This document shows, one piece after another, positions 14,453-29,315 of a stretch of DNA of 64,000 nucleotides. The notes under the pieces are model-generated. The model had not been told where the DNA came from. It searched no databases and was given only the letters and a program-made list of their open reading frames with translations. Position 1 is the first letter of the stretch. Each line of letters begins with the position of its first letter. The stretch is taken from assembly GCA_030770535.1 (NCBI GenBank), contig JASVEC010000001.1, positions 2,294,001 through 2,358,000 on the forward strand, in the 5' to 3' direction. The stretch is from Batkoa obscura (lineage: Eukaryota). The position numbers and the translations under genes are program-made.

Positions 14453-16378
14453 ATGTATCTCAAAACCGTAGATTCGACCGAATTAAAGAATTATTTATTG
14501 AATTCTTTAGCACCAATGTAATTTATAATATTTTAGTTTAGTTTTAGGAGCAAAAGTATTTGGATATTGATAATATTAATTTCCAAAATTGATGTTAAAC
14601 ATGATTCATGATTTGTTTCATTAGATTCTTTTTTAAAAGCTAACACTTGTTTTATCTAGTTCCGATGCTGATAATGAAGCACTTTCTGAGTATATTGTCA
14701 CTTTGATACGAAATGATAAGCCCAGCTCAGAAATAAAACAAGAATGCCTGGAACAATTGGAAGAATTCTTGGAAGACAGTAATAAAAACAAAAATAAAAG
14801 TACTTGAAATAATTTCGTAAATAGGAACGATGACATTCATCAATAAATTGTTTTCATGGATCGGTGAAAGATCTCAAGACCAAGAAGAATATGAAACAGG
14901 GAAAAAAAGAGGTACTTCACCAGCTCATGAGACTGAATATAAGAAGATTAAAAATAAGTTCAATGAACCAAGGTATTTTTTTTAAATGTTTGTTAAATCT
15001 TTTATATTGATGAAATGAAAGGTATACTAAAAGATACCAAAGACCTTGCCGTTATTTCTCAGGTAATTTTTAGTCTATAATTTTGTTCTTATTCCAAATT
15101 CTGTTTTAGAAACTGGATATTGTAAATGGGGCCAAGAATGTCATTATTCGCATGAGATTGATCATTCTTCAAATCAAATGAATAACCATCAAGTATATGA
15201 TCCAATAAATAGTAATGTGATAAGCTCTCAGCCTGAAGATGAGTATGATCCAACCAACTTGAATGGCGGGCAGCAAAGAGGAGGACCCTATATACAAGGC
15301 AGATTAAAGTTTAATAATGGTGCAAATAACGGTACATTTCAACGACAAAACAATGAAAAGAGGATCGTGTGTTACAATATTCCGAAAGAATCATTATCTA
15401 AAGACTCAATTATGGAATATTTTTCACGATTTGGAGAAATCGTTGAAATTAGTCTTAATGAAATTAATTCATGTGCTGAGATAGAGTTTAAAATAAGGAC
15501 TGATGCTTCTAAGGCAATTGACTCAACTGCACCAATATTCGATAATCGATTTGTTAAATTAGAATGGAAAGCACAAGAATATAATAGTGTTCAACCTACT
15601 TATCACACTCCCGCTCCTCACAAAAATAGCGAAGAATTGGCTGCTATGCGCGAGGAAAGGATTAAAACTGTAACTTCATTAATCAAACAAAAAACAGAAT
15701 TAGTTGAAAAACAATTAAAAAGTCAAAAGGAGCTCATAACCATGATCGAAGATTCAAACACCTCAGAGCATAGTAAAAAGGAACTTATACAAACTTTAAA
15801 CCAACTTACAAAATCAATTAAAGAGCAAATGAATTCTATTGAGGAAGAAGAGACTATACTAAATAATTTAAGGGAGAATAAACTTGATAATGCGACCAGT
15901 AAGCCTTACCCAATTTATGCAGCAGCCGGAAGTAATAAATGGGTTAAAGATAAACCTTATCAAGCTAGAAAGTTCAAACTTGACAATCGACCAAAATCAT
16001 TCATTGTAACTGGGTTTACTAAAGAACAAAGTGAAGAAGTGAAACAGTTCCTTAATGTAATTTTATAATTGTTTTAAGTATGTAAAATTAATATTGAGAT
16101 ACAGGGATTAAATTATGTTGAAAATATAGAATTTGATCAAGAAAAAGAAGGTTATGTGGTTTCCTTTCCAAACAACTTTTATGCGATCAAGGTACTTTTT
16201 AAAATAAAGAAATGTAATGATTTATACTTAACTTTTGTTCTAGGCTTACCCACTTTCATCAAAATATGATGGTGTTGTACTTTCGTCTACTTGGATTTAC
16301 AACAAACCCCAAGAGGCTGAGAAAACTGAAGAAAATCAAGGAAGTAATGGAAATGGAGATCAAGATGCAATGGAGTAA
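14453..16378 (+). CDS. RBM26/RBM27-like RNA-binding protein (PWI-like, CCCH zinc finger, RRM), multi-exon
   Basis: ELKNYLLNSLAPISDADNEALSEYIVTLI (PWI-like), RPCRYFS-TGYCKWGQECHYSH (CCCH), RRM with YFSRFGEIVEI and STAPIFDNRFVKLEW, coiled coil, then KLDNRPK preceding a second RRM. Confidence 0.85.
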
Positions 16379-16686
16379 TTTTTAACTTGTTAAAATAAAA
16401 GATACATTTTTTTTATTTGTATAACTAAATCACTTTTACTGTTGACTTTGGATATTATTAAATCAAGTATAACATTTTGTTAATATAAGAATTGGTTATG
16501 AAGTGACAGATTTTGAAATAGATATAAAATCATAATATTATTAAAATATCAATAAGAGCATTTTTGTTCATTTTATTGTTTTGCTTACTATTGAGCAGTA
16601 TAAACCAAAAAAACCTTAGTCAAATTTCAAATAAAAAACATGGTTATAAATAGCAATATTATACTCTGTAATAAAAAGAATAAAGC

Positions 16687-16790
16687 ATCCGGGGGTGTTT
16701 TTTGGCTTCATTACTTTTTCCATCTTTTAAGCATTATTTGAGTGGAAATTTTTTTAGTAAATTCTTAAACATAAAAATACATCCTCATCT
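16687..16790. mobile_element. ~105-bp MITE-like element, copy 2 (opposite orientation to copy 1)
   Basis: GGGGGTGTTTTTTGGCTTCATTACTTTTTCCATCTTTTAAGCATTATTTGAGTGGAAA...AAAAATACATCCTCAT. Confidence 0.75.
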
Positions 16791-17785
16791 CAACTTTGTT
16801 GAATTGTTTTAGATTGATATCAAAATCCATGGTATTTTTGTTCCTACATCACTTTACTCAATATAACTTTTTTTAAAAGTACTACTCATTCCAACCTCAA
16901 CAATACTACAATCATAGTATATTACTTTTGAAACTTTATATTAAGTGTTATTACCTCTTTACTAGAAATATAGTATTTCGCCCTATTAAATCACTAATAC
17001 TAGATAAATAATATTATAATGATTTGACTTATATCAAATAACCTTAAATTTTTTTATAATAAATTGGCTGCATTTGAAGAAGAGAGTCATGTGTAGGTAT
17101 TATTGATAGAGGAAATAAAAGTAAATTCTTTTCTATTTCCATCTTTTAAAGGCACATGTATCCATATGTAACTATATTTTAAGTGTGTAGTTTTTGAATC
17201 ATTGGATTTGCTGATAATGATCTATTAATAACTTATTGAATTATAACTAACAATTTAATTATTATATTAACTATCAATCTTTAAATTAACATTTAAAGTA
17301 GTTTTTAATTTACACAATAGAGTTCAATAAATTTCTTATAACAATGTATTTTTTTTGTTTAATTTATAAGGCTTTAATGTACAATTTTATTATATTAAGC
17401 TAGTAAAAACGTTTGGATATTTTTTATGATTTTGATATTAAACTTGCTATAAAGTACAAAGTATAAAGTATAAACCAAAATTGTTAAAAAATAGAAGTTG
17501 GGGTAATAAAATGAAGCTATTAGAACTAAGTTAAATAACATGACCTATACAGAACTAACAAACAAGTTAATAATTAGCTCAGTCCATGCTTACTTATTAT
17601 AATCCCGCTACATATAAAGAATTCTTAAGAGAAAATACGTTCGCACATGTAAGTCTAACAAAACACTATTGAGTTAAATCATCATTTTTGATAATTTACC
17701 TAAACCAATGAAACGTAACGCATTCAAACTTAGCAGGCTAAATGCTACCTATAAATCAAAAAAATAGCTTTGAAAAATCAATAAA

Positions 17786-19692
17786 ATGTTTTTCAATTCT
17801 TTAACTTTTATTTATTTATTTTTATTTTTATCGCCAAACACTTACATTTATTCACAACAGTATCCTTTTATAGGCAAAATCGAATCCACTTTGAGTAGCA
17901 CTGGCTCTTCATTAACCCATTTCTATCAACAGGCTAGTGCAGACATTGAGACTACTTTAGGATTAAAAGACTTCTTCAGAAAAATTGCTAAGGACATATC
18001 AAAGGGTGGCTCAGTAGGATGTAGGGCTTGTAAACGAGGCTTAGTAACTTTTAAGCGCGCTTATGCATCTTCCTTATTCAGACCTTTGGTTATCAATGCG
18101 GTGCTTGATATATGTAAAAGAAAGGGGCAACCAGCAGAAGTATGTAGAGGGTCAATTGATTTGTATGCACCTTGGATATTTAAGATATTAGAAACTATTG
18201 ATTTTAATAAGAAAGAAAATGCGGAATTAAAGCAACTATTCTGCTTTGCATTGGATAATACCTGTGATTACCCAGAAGATTTGAAGCCAAATACTTTAGA
18301 GTTTCCGGAAAAGAAAAGAGAATTAGAGGTGAAATCAGAGCCTATCAGGGATCAGAAAAAGCTAAGAGTATTACAATTATCTGATCTTCATATCGACCAT
18401 TTATATGAAACTGGAGCAGAAGCAGATTGTAAAGCACCTATTTGCTGTCAGAAATACTCTAGAAATAAAGGTGAAAAGATTAAGAGAGCAGCAAGCCAAT
18501 GGGGGGATTATAATTGTGACATACCACAAAGATTGTTTGAATCAATGCTAAAGTTTATTACGAATGACTTAACGCCAATTGACGTTGTACTTTTTACTGG
18601 TGATATCCCAGCGCATGATGTTTGGAATCAGTCTTCTATTACAGCAAGCCAAGTTGAAAGATCCACGTTTGATTTATTAAAAAAAGCGTTTGATCATTTA
18701 AGTATTCCTGTTATACCAGCTATCGGTAATCATGAACAAGTACCTGCTAATTTGTTTCCATCAACTTCTGGTAACTCAATTTCATATCTATCTGCCAATT
18801 AAATTAATTTTATTAAATAGTACAAGACGACTATGTCAACCTTTATTCTGAGCTTGGTAGTATGTGGAAAGATTGGCTACCAAAAAAAGCACTAGAATCT
18901 CTAAAAGCAATAGGGGTTTACTCTATGAAGCCCTTCCCAGGTCTTAAAGTGATATCACTTAATACAAATATGTGCTATCTATTAAACTTTTGGTTGGTTT
19001 CGAGTCTACAAAAAGACAATCAGGATCCCAATTTTATCCTTCATTGGTTGATTCAAGAACTAAACGAAGCTGAGAACACTGGAGAGATGGTGTACATTAT
19101 AGGACATGTGCCTCCAGCTCATCCAGATTGTTTCCCATATTGGTCTGATGGGTTTCATCAGATCGTTAATAGATACTCTCATCTTATTAAAGGCCAATTT
19201 TATGGTCATACTCATTTGGATCAATTTCAATTGTTTTATCAAAGCAATCAAACTAAACAAGAGAATACTGCTATTAATATCGCTTACATCAATCCCTCTG
19301 TAACTACCTTTAAAAACATTAATCCTGGATTTAGGGTTTATGAGGTGGGTGCAACTAACTATGGAATTTATGATAGTCTTACATATATATGGGATTTAAC
19401 TACTGCCAGTGAATTTGAGGAACCTAAATGGAAGTTGGAGTATAGTGCTAGGGATTTCTTTTTACCTAGACCTTATGATAATATGGAATTAACTCCGCAA
19501 TGGTGGCATCGGGTTGTCAATAAATTGGAAGCTAAACCTCATCGAATGGAACTGTTTCACAAGGTTATGTATAAACAGGCTCATCAAGATTTTCAATGTA
19601 AGGAAAAATGTAGGAAAAATATTATTTGTAATCTTAGAGCAAGTAACGCTTCCCAAGCCTGCGCTAGAACTTCGCCAATTTCTAGACATTAG
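17786..19692 (+). CDS. Secreted acid sphingomyelinase-like phosphodiesterase (saposin-B + metallophosphoesterase), one intron at ~18771-18820
   Basis: Hydrophobic N-terminus, CRAC..C..C saposin pattern, LSDLHID, CCQ, WGDYNCDIP, FTGDIPAHDVW, IGNHE, IIGHVPP, QFYGHTHLD, PSVTT..NPGFRVY. Confidence 0.93.
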
Positions 19693-20266
19693 TGAATGGT
19701 ATGTAATAGCTACTTTTTAATTGTTTTCTAAATCAGTAAAATTAGTTCATTATTAAATTCTTCTACTCATTTTTAGTATAACGGTATAATCTAGCTGTAA
19801 TTTATAATGATTTTAATGTGTTTACAGAATTGGTTAATCTACTATTTTTAATAAAAACCTATACATGCATCTAAAAACCTAGCTTGAATTTATTAACTAA
19901 AAGCTCATAAGACAACTAGCAAAGATTAATCAATTTTTTTTATATCTCACTCACTAAAACTCATTTAGTCTTATCTCAAAAGTTTCAAAAAACTAAACAT
20001 CAAAATATAAATATTTCAGTAATATTTATTTAGCTAAAAATTTAAGCAAACAAAATGCAAATATAATAAGTCGCAACAAAAAAACAAAAAAAGTTGATAT
20101 AATTAATCATACTTTTAGATAATACAATTGGAGCCAAATTTAATAAAGCTGTATTATAAGGTTATAATCAAATCTCAAGCTTATCTCAACTAAAATAATA
20201 ATAATTAGCTATTTCAAATCAGCGTTCAAAAACATCTACTTACAATGGTAAACACTCAAACGATTC

Positions 20267-21956
20267 CTAAACATTCCTAGGACCTTCACTCCCATTTTTA
20301 CCACCCATCTGACCATTGCCATTCAGATGGCTGTTTCCATTGATATTATTTCCATTAATATTACCACCATTAAAATTAGGTATAAAGGGTGCACTATTGA
20401 TATACCTTTCAAAATCTTCTATTTCTTCCAAATCGGTACGAACTGGATCACATTTCATTCCATTGATTGTAGGGCCTTGATAACTATCTGAACTGCCTAA
20501 ATTATCGGGTTTACTATTCATCTCTTTCTGTAGTATACCATTATGTTCCTGCGATATGATGGAGTTTGTTAGTAACGGGTCGTTCTGTAGCCCATTTGAA
20601 AAATTGCTCATTGTCGTTTGATTTTCACTAGATGATATTGATAAATTGTTGGGATTCAGCTGGGTGTTAAAATCGATGGGGATATCGGGTATGGAAGCAA
20701 ACACATCATGGTGTGGAATAGGGAAGCTACTCTGCATCATATCCATCTGGTTTTGTTGTGGAAATTGATTTAACATTTGCATCTGATTAAATTGTTGCTG
20801 TAACAATGGATTACTGCCTCCTACATTTTGCATTAAACCATGACCAAATCCTTGTGGCTGAACAAATAACTGTTGTCGGGCTCTGAATTGTTGTATCTTT
20901 AAAAATTGAACCTGTTTATGATGCTGTGTAAACACATCTCGTTGAAGTGGAAGGTTGATGTTATTATTATTTATCATGACACCCATATTTGGTCTCATTT
21001 GAGGTGGAATAGCAGCAACTAGAGGTGGTATTATATTTGGGTTGGTGCCTTGTCTTTTTAATTGATGTCGATGCAAAGCATGTTGTGAAGCTACATATTG
21101 TTGTTGTGCATTCAAGTTAGCTACATTTTGTACCATCAAATTACCTTGCATTTGCCCACCCATATCGCCCATTTGTATAGATTGATTTATTAGCATTTCT
21201 GGATTACTCATTGCCTGATCAATACCCAATCCGGTTGTCGTCAAATCTTTCGAATCCGCCTGCAAATTATCCCAACTTGTTATAGGAAGTGTTTGTGGTG
21301 GAAGTGAAATAGTCATTATATTTTGAGATGATAAAGTAGTAGTCCCTTCTGATTTTTCATTGTTAGATGCACTTAAGATTGAAGACATTATAGGTGTAGA
21401 AGCACTGTTGTTTTTTGTAGGTTCACTTTGACTCAATGGAGTTGTAGACTTCCTTTTTGAACCATTTTCTGAAAAGGGTTTTTTATTTGGTGAGCCATAT
21501 CTTAATTTCCTTACTGCTTCATCAGTAGTTTCGTTTTTCGATTTATTTTTTATTGCTTCTCTTATTTTTTCAAAGGTGATATTGCTTTGTTCTTCTGCCT
21601 AATTAGATTGATTATTAATGGAAAAGTCAATTAAAGCTGTTAAAAACTACCTGAAAAAAAGCAGCTAACTCAGGCCTTTCATAGCCTACTTTTTTATAGC
21701 CTGCATACATCACATGAAAAGGCTCCCAAAAATCTAAAATGGAAGGTTCGGAATCATCGTTGGTATTTGAAGCAGTTTCTTTGTCGATCTTTTTTTCCAT
21801 TAAAAAAGCTTCAGCAGCTGAAAAACATTTCTTTTTAACTAAATATTCATAGATGCAGTAATCTAAACTATTTTAGTAGGTAAAAATTTAAAATGATTAA
21901 TAGCAATCCTACGCTTTCTCTGGGTCCTCATGCATAGGTTTTTTGACATGATTCAT
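20267..21956 (-). CDS. LisH-domain, Q/N-rich transcriptional regulator (Flo8/Som1/SSBP-like), 3 exons
   Basis: Spliced 5' exons read EKALDYCIYEYLVKRNVFSAAEAFLME...SILDFWEPFHVMY (LisH plus FW helix), followed by a long Q/N/M-rich disordered region. Confidence 0.65.
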
Positions 21957-22580
21957 CTTTTAATGTTTAGGTTCAAACTATGTTAAAAATATTAACCTTG
22001 GTATGACAAAGCACTCTTTTTTTTAAATAACAGCAATATAATGCTTAATCATTTCAAAAAATTTATTGGCCAATGATCAAAATCCTCTGAACCTCAACCA
22101 AAAAATAAAATGAGAAGTTATAAGGAATTAAAACAGGACAATTTCAATTAGATGTTATATTATTATTCTTATAACTAGTATATCCTTGATTATTTTTTTG
22201 CTGCTATTCCTATATTTACATATGACTATATATGATTTATAGTAATAGTAGCTATACATTATATATAATGTAGCTATTGGTGTATTAAGAATAGCCCTTA
22301 AGGCTTAAATTAGCAAAAATAATACTTTTTGGTTCTGATCCTTAAACCAATAAGCATCTAATTATTTAATGTACCAGATATTGTGCGTTAAATCTATTTT
22401 GAACATTTGAGCACTCATTTTGTTGGAAATTCGAGCTGATCATCTGATTGGCTATAGAGAATAGCTTTTACCCATTGGCTTAAAAGACATTTAACTATCC
22501 CCATTATTTTTACTTAATCTCTAATTTTAATAAACCAATTTAAAAATTTTCACTACTAGATAATTAACGAACATCCAACC

Positions 22581-25450
22581 ATGAAGAATAATTTCAAAGG
22601 CAACTTACCAGTGGATGCGTTATTTCAATTAGACGCCTCTTACTCATTTCCTTCTATATTGCCAAAAATAAACCCAGATAATGAGAGCATGCAACCTTCT
22701 CAGCAAGATCCTTATTCTAAAAGTAGCGAAATCGAAAGCGGTAAATTCAATACAACGTCAAAAACATCATTCAACTACCCTTCTATTGAACCTTTAAAAA
22801 CTTTAAATTCATTAAACAATTTTGATGCATTTGAAAGGTTGGCGATGGAAAGTCCAATGCCTATAGTAAGCCTTATTTTTGGATGTTTTGAAAGAAGTTA
22901 AATTTTTTAGATGGTTAGGAATACATATGAAACATTTGAAAGAAGCGTAGAGCCATTGAATATAGTAAGCTGGATTAGTCAATTTATTATATATATTTAT
23001 GGTTGTTTAGAGGAAAATACGAATGAATAAAGAGAAGCAGAGTTCATCAAGCATGAATATAAGTAATTCAAGTTCTAATTTAAGCAAATATCCATCGATT
23101 GAAGAAAATGACTGGAGTAATGTTGACAAGCCAATTGAGTCATCAAAAAAGGATACAATAGATATTTTGAAGAAGTACAACTTAAATATGAGTGAGGAAA
23201 AAAGTAAAGGGATAAGCTTAAATATTGGCATGGGTTTATTACATTCAGTTATAAATAAGGATCAACAATTGACGATGAAACCAGATATAACACTAAATAA
23301 AGAGAGTAGTGTGATGACCAAAGAGGGCCCATTTTTAAATAAAGATAAAAGGACTATATCAAAAGAGAAGATTACATCAAATAAAGGTGAAAAATTGTCA
23401 AAAAAAGAGCATACTTCATTACTTAAAAACAAAAAAGAGGCAATAATAGGAAATACACCATTGAGTAAGGATACAAATATGGCACCAAAAGAGAATATTG
23501 CTATAAATACAGGTAAAAGAGTATTAAAAAAAGAACATACAATTTTAAACAAAGAAATCCCAGAAAATTTACCAGCGTCCAATTTGAGCAATGTAAATAA
23601 ATATTCAAACAAAGTAAATACAAAGTCAGGTACAGGGCGATCTAATAGTTCGGATAAAAAAATTCAAGTCGAGATAAAACATACAAATAAAAGGCATATT
23701 TTAAAGCCTATGATAGCTAAAATTCCTGAAATCAAAGAAGACTTTGATTCATTCAAATTAAATTTAGTTGATGACTCAGGTTAGTGTTATCAACATTTAT
23801 ACATTTTGAAGATTAATTATTTTAGATGATGATTTTGTCAATTCAAATAAGAACATCAAATTGAAACCAACTCAATTAAATACTAAAAAAACAGCATCCT
23901 CTTTAACTAATAGTACTTATATTATTTTTTGTAATATCAATCTAATTATATATCATAGATTTGGTTAAGACAAATAAGAAACCAGGTGTAAGGGTAGCTA
24001 ATAATCAAAATGAATCAAAGCAAAATGAGATAAAGCCCAAAAATAAAAGACACTGTTTAAAGCCCATGATAGCTAAAGTTACCAATCCTGGAGAAGACTT
24101 TAACTTGAATGAATTGAATCTAGGTGATAATTTTACCAATTTAAATGATGATACACAATCAGAATCGCCTCAATTAAATGGTAAGAAACCAGCATCTCTT
24201 TCAAATAGTAATGGTCATTTTACATGTCATAATATTATACTAACTATATTATAGAATCAAACAAAACAAAGTTTGCTGAAAAAGATGAAAATACAACAAA
24301 TAATTTACTGACTAATGATAGTAATACATTTTAAAAATAATAGTTACATACTAATTTATTTATAGTCAACTCAACCAAACGTAATTTAAAATTACAAGAA
24401 TTGATTGAAAAACAAAAAAATGACAAAGAATCAGGAAATATAAGAAGAACAAGATCAGGTAGGGCTGTTATAAAGCCATTAGAATATTGGAAAAATGAAG
24501 AAAAAGAACTACCAAAAGCTATATCTTTAAAATTTTCTTGGGGAGGAAATAAAGTTTGTATTTGTAAGCTACTCAAGTTATAAAAGGGAAATAGTTAATT
24601 GGTTTATTAGTAAATGAGGCGAATAATACTATGGAGGCAAGGAATGCTAGGAAAAGACGCTCTAGAAGTAAAAAAGATCAAGGTTTTTTGGAAGATTCAA
24701 CTATTACTCAAAAACCAGTGCTGAGAGAAGTAAATTCTAACATCTCAATTCAGACTATATTAATGTTATTTTAGACAAGAGTCCACAATAATAAAGGCAT
24801 GAAAAGAAAAAAAGAAGGTAAAATTAATTTGAGCTTTAATTCTATAAATATCCAACAGTCTTTAGAGCCTGATGTTATATCTCCAAAGGATAAGAAAGTG
24901 ACTACAAAGAAGCCTAAAGCTGCTAAGGTACTTCATTTATATCATCATAAACTCAACTTTTACTAATTATGGATATACAAGAAAACAAACAAGATTGATT
25001 TAAGTGTGAATAAAAAAGAACTATACAATCAGACATCGAATGTAAAAAATGCCAAAGTAAGTACGATTTTAATTTAACTTGGTATTAGTTAATATCAAAA
25101 TAGCAAAATGGGATATTAAAAGAAACACAAAAAATAATAAAAGAACAAGGTGCTCCTAGCGGCAATAAAGGAATCACATATATAGAACGATATAAAAAAG
25201 CATTGGAAGCAGAAGATGTAAGTTTAATTTATATATATTAGAAGTTCTATTTAAACTTTAAAAACTTTAGAATGAAACAGTTATACCAAGGGGTAAAAAA
25301 GTGTATCAAAACGCAAATACCATGTTAAATAAGGCACTAAAAGGGGAAGTCAATTATCTATTTGAAGGTAAAGTAGTAGATTCTGAAGTTGATAATTCGA
25401 TAGATCAAAAGGCTTTATCAGAATTTGATATTTATGAAATGTCAGAGTAG
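22581..25450 (+). CDS. Low-complexity K/N/S-rich multi-exon protein carrying a CENP-C/KNL2-type motif
   Basis: Chain of GT-AG-bounded exons; RRTRSGRAVIKPLEYWKNE at 24443-24499; last exon ends FDIYEMSE* at 25450. Confidence 0.6.
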
Positions 25451-27192
25451 TTAGTTTGCCAATTTGTTGGCTGTGAGAGGCTTTTTGCTATTTGGAGTTG
25501 ATGAATCAAATGATTGGAAGTTGACATGCGATTACGGTTAACAAGTAGCATTATTGGGTTGAGTTCTGTTTATATTGACTTAAATAGACGTATTTATTAT
25601 CTTTTTGTCTAAATTGTAATTAAAGGTTACTATAAATGTTTTAACTGAAAATTAAAACTATTATTATTTTAAATTATTAACGTTAAATATGTTCTCCAAA
25701 TTGAATATTTAAGACATGTTCTTGAACTTTAAAAAGAGTCTCTTGAATAAGTTAATAACATCAAAAGCTGAAACTATTAAAATGTTTAAAAACCAACCTA
25801 TTATTTTAAAAATAAATTAAAATTATATTTATAAACGAAATTAACAAGGATAATACCCTGTTGTTTCTAGAATATTAAATGTATCATTTTTCTTGATAGA
25901 AACAATTTTTATTTTTATTTTTATTTTAAACTAAACTAAGAAATTCTTTAATTAATAGAAATTGAAGTTTTTGAGTTGATGTCAAAGCTCAAGCAGTTTA
26001 CTCAATTACTAGCAATTATAAATAATGTTATTAACAATTGGGCAGATTGATTGTATCCTAACACTAGCTATAAAGTTTCGATTTATGTAACAATTTTAGT
26101 AATAAAACTAAAACCTAGTTTCAGAGTCAATTGTAACTGTTGCAACCCTTTTGGGGTCTAGTTAATTTCTCATTTAAGAAAAAATATATATTGGAATTAT
26201 GCTTGATATAATGATCATACTTTAAAATAGTAAATATAATTTAATTATAAAAAATCGCCAAAAAAAGTCAAAACAATTCGTCACTAAATAAATACTCCTT
26301 AAAAATGGGTCAATCTTAGGTTAAGGTGAGTGCTTGTTTTATGAATATTTAGTTCTTGCCATGGAATCTTCTTTAACCATCTTATCATGTCATATAGTTT
26401 TTATAATTTGTATTAAATAGCCTCTAAAGTCAAAGAATTTGTATAATAAAGTTTGAAAAATTCAATAAAAATATTTATCAATTTCTTTTTAGAAGAATTA
26501 AATATTAAAGAAGTTAATAAGCCAAATATAGGCACCTCAAACATTAAGCTGCCAAACTTTGCTGACCTTTGTCTAATTAATTAATACTAATTTCAATCTC
26601 TAAAAAAAGCTATTCATGGTAGTCAATTCTGTCATTTTCATTTATTAATAGTCCTAGTCAAGTGGTGACCTTTTTATAGCCAATAAATACTTTGGAAGCT
26701 TAACAATGGCATTGAAATTTGTTAAAAAAAGGCTTATCAAAAAAGAAATTTCTAAAGCTATTGTAGTTCTATTACGACTTAAGTAAATGTTCATTTAGTA
26801 TAAAGTTTGTATAATTAGTTAAAATTTAAAGACCACACTTCAAAAAAATCAAATAAATAACTGGCTATAAAAATAGCAGCAAACTGAGTTACAATAGAGA
26901 TATAACAGCCGTAGGAAACTGGCTTTTAAAAGATTTCATGGAAGATAGGCCAAATTTCATTGGCTTTGATTTCTGTATTGAGGATGGAGAAGAAGCTTGA
27001 ATAAGTGGGGTTCAAGGAAATTAAATAAACTAAGAGATAAAAATAAAAGAATCATAATGGCAATGATCAAATAGATTTAAAAAAATAGTTTAAAATCAAT
27101 TAATTTAATCTTTTGTTTTTTGTTTATTTATTTGTTAGATTATTAGTTTTTCAATATTTCAATCTTTTTTTATATAAAATTCGATATATATT

Positions 27193-28503
27193 ATGGAAGA
27201 CAAATACATTGGTTTAATACTAGCTTTAGTTTCAAGTTGTATGATTGGTATATCTTTTGTAGTCACTAAGATGGGGTTGATTGATTCAACACAGAACGGT
27301 ACTTTATAAAACATTATAAATTATCTTTGTTAAATAGACTTTCTATTAGGCGGTGACGCTCATGCTTATTCTTATTTAAAAAATGGTATTTGGTGGATTG
27401 GCCTATCAACAAGTAAATGACACTTGTATTAGTAAAATCACAATATTAACTTTATTCTGTAGTGGCTTTTGGTGAAGTAGCAAATTTTGCTGCTTATTCA
27501 TTTGCACCCGCTATATTAGTAACTCCCTTAGGAGCATTAAGTGTGATTATTGGGTAAGATAACATAATTCTATCTATACAAAAAACTAAGCATTACTTTT
27601 CAAAAAGCGCTATTTTAGCTTCTGTAATATTAAAAGAAAAATTAGATAGTACTGGTAAAGTAGGTTGTGCTTTATGTATCCTTGGTTCTATTATTATTGT
27701 GTTACATGCCCCTAAAGATAAAACAATTCAAGACATTAATGAAATTGTGGCTTATGCTGTGCATCCTGGTAACTTTTGTTGTTAATCTATAGTCTATTTT
27801 TTATTAATTGTTTATTTTTTAGCCTTTGTTACTTATTCATTATTAGTACTTGCTTTTTGTTTAGTTATGATCTATTATTATGGACCAAAATATGGAAAGA
27901 AATATCCCTTGGTTTATATTTCAATATGTTCATTAATAGGTTCCATTACTGTTATGGCATCCAAAGGGTTTGGTATTGCGTTAAAACTTACATTGTCTGG
28001 GAATAACCAATTATGGAACCCAGCTACTTATATCTTTGCTATTACTACTGGTTTATGTATTCTTACTCAAATGAATTATTTTAATAAGGCATTAGATACC
28101 TTTTCAACCAATGTAGTTACTCCCATTTATTATGTATTTTTTACAACAGCTACCTTAACTGCTTCAGTTATCTTCTTCAGAGGCTTCGAAGATGCTACCC
28201 CTGTTGAAGCGGTCTCTTTACTAATTGGTTTTTTAGTTATCTTTTCTGGTGTGTTTTTATTAAATGACACTAATAACTCGGATTATAATCCATTGACTAC
28301 ACCAGATACTTTAGAAAGAGAAAATTGTACACAGATTTATAGAAATGGTTCAGTACATGAAGAAGATCTTTATAAACCTTTTGATGAAGAAGGCCTAGGT
28401 TTGTCAGAAACTAATCATAGAAGAAGGTAATTGTTATGTTGTCACACAAATTATGAACGATACTAATTCATTTTATTTTAGTTCAATAAAATCATTGGCT
28501 TAA
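27193..28503 (+). CDS. NIPA-family magnesium transporter, multi-exon
   Basis: [89 protein letters not shown]. Confidence 0.95.
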
Positions 28504-29315
28504 CAAGTGGTTAGTTATTAAGTAAGATATTAACGAATTAGGATGATAAAATTTGGCAAGCGATTTTAACTATATAACCATTTATTATAATATATATAAA
28601 ATATATTTATGTTATTAAATTTAAATTAATAAAATTATCAGGAATAAAGTGGAAGTTATTACTTTTAATTGTTTATACACTTTTAAACATAAGAACATTA
28701 ATTAGCTAGCTTATTTAATTATTCCAAAGTAACATTATGTAGATTAGCAGTATTATGTTATGGTGATTGATATAGTATTAACAAAGACTTAGATAAAAAT
28801 CTAATTGTGCTACTGAAAAAAGCTATCCATATTTATTTTTATTTTGTAAATCATCATACATCTACTTTTGTTTTAATAAATGTAATAGACATAGTTGCCA
28901 AGTAAAATTTTTATAATTTTAAGAATAAGGGTAATTATATTCTTAAAAACCAATTTTAATTGGATTATCATTAACTCTTTTTTATAAATTAAAATATGCA
29001 CATACGTAATTATTTCATTATTTTATTAATAGTTTTATTTTATATCAATCAAGCTATTATAGAAAAATACAAAATAAGACACTAAATAAACTTAAATTTA
29101 GAGTGTCTGAATAGTATGTGACATACTTTTTGAAGTATAGCATGCCATAAAACAAATTAATATAAAACCTTCAAACTAAGTAATTACTATCATGATTGGT
29201 GTTATTTTGAGTTGCTGACTAATTTTTTAGTTTCTAAAACTTGAATTTCATGTAATTTACTTTTATTTATAAAAATGCAATTTACAAATAAAAAATCCCT
29301 ACATTAATTAGATAT

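Noticed and set aside
14518..14659. Longer-than-usual first intron of the RBM26-like gene (also the ADE1 intron 48113-48234) as a snoRNA host
   Set aside because: No convincing C/D or H/ACA box pair found.
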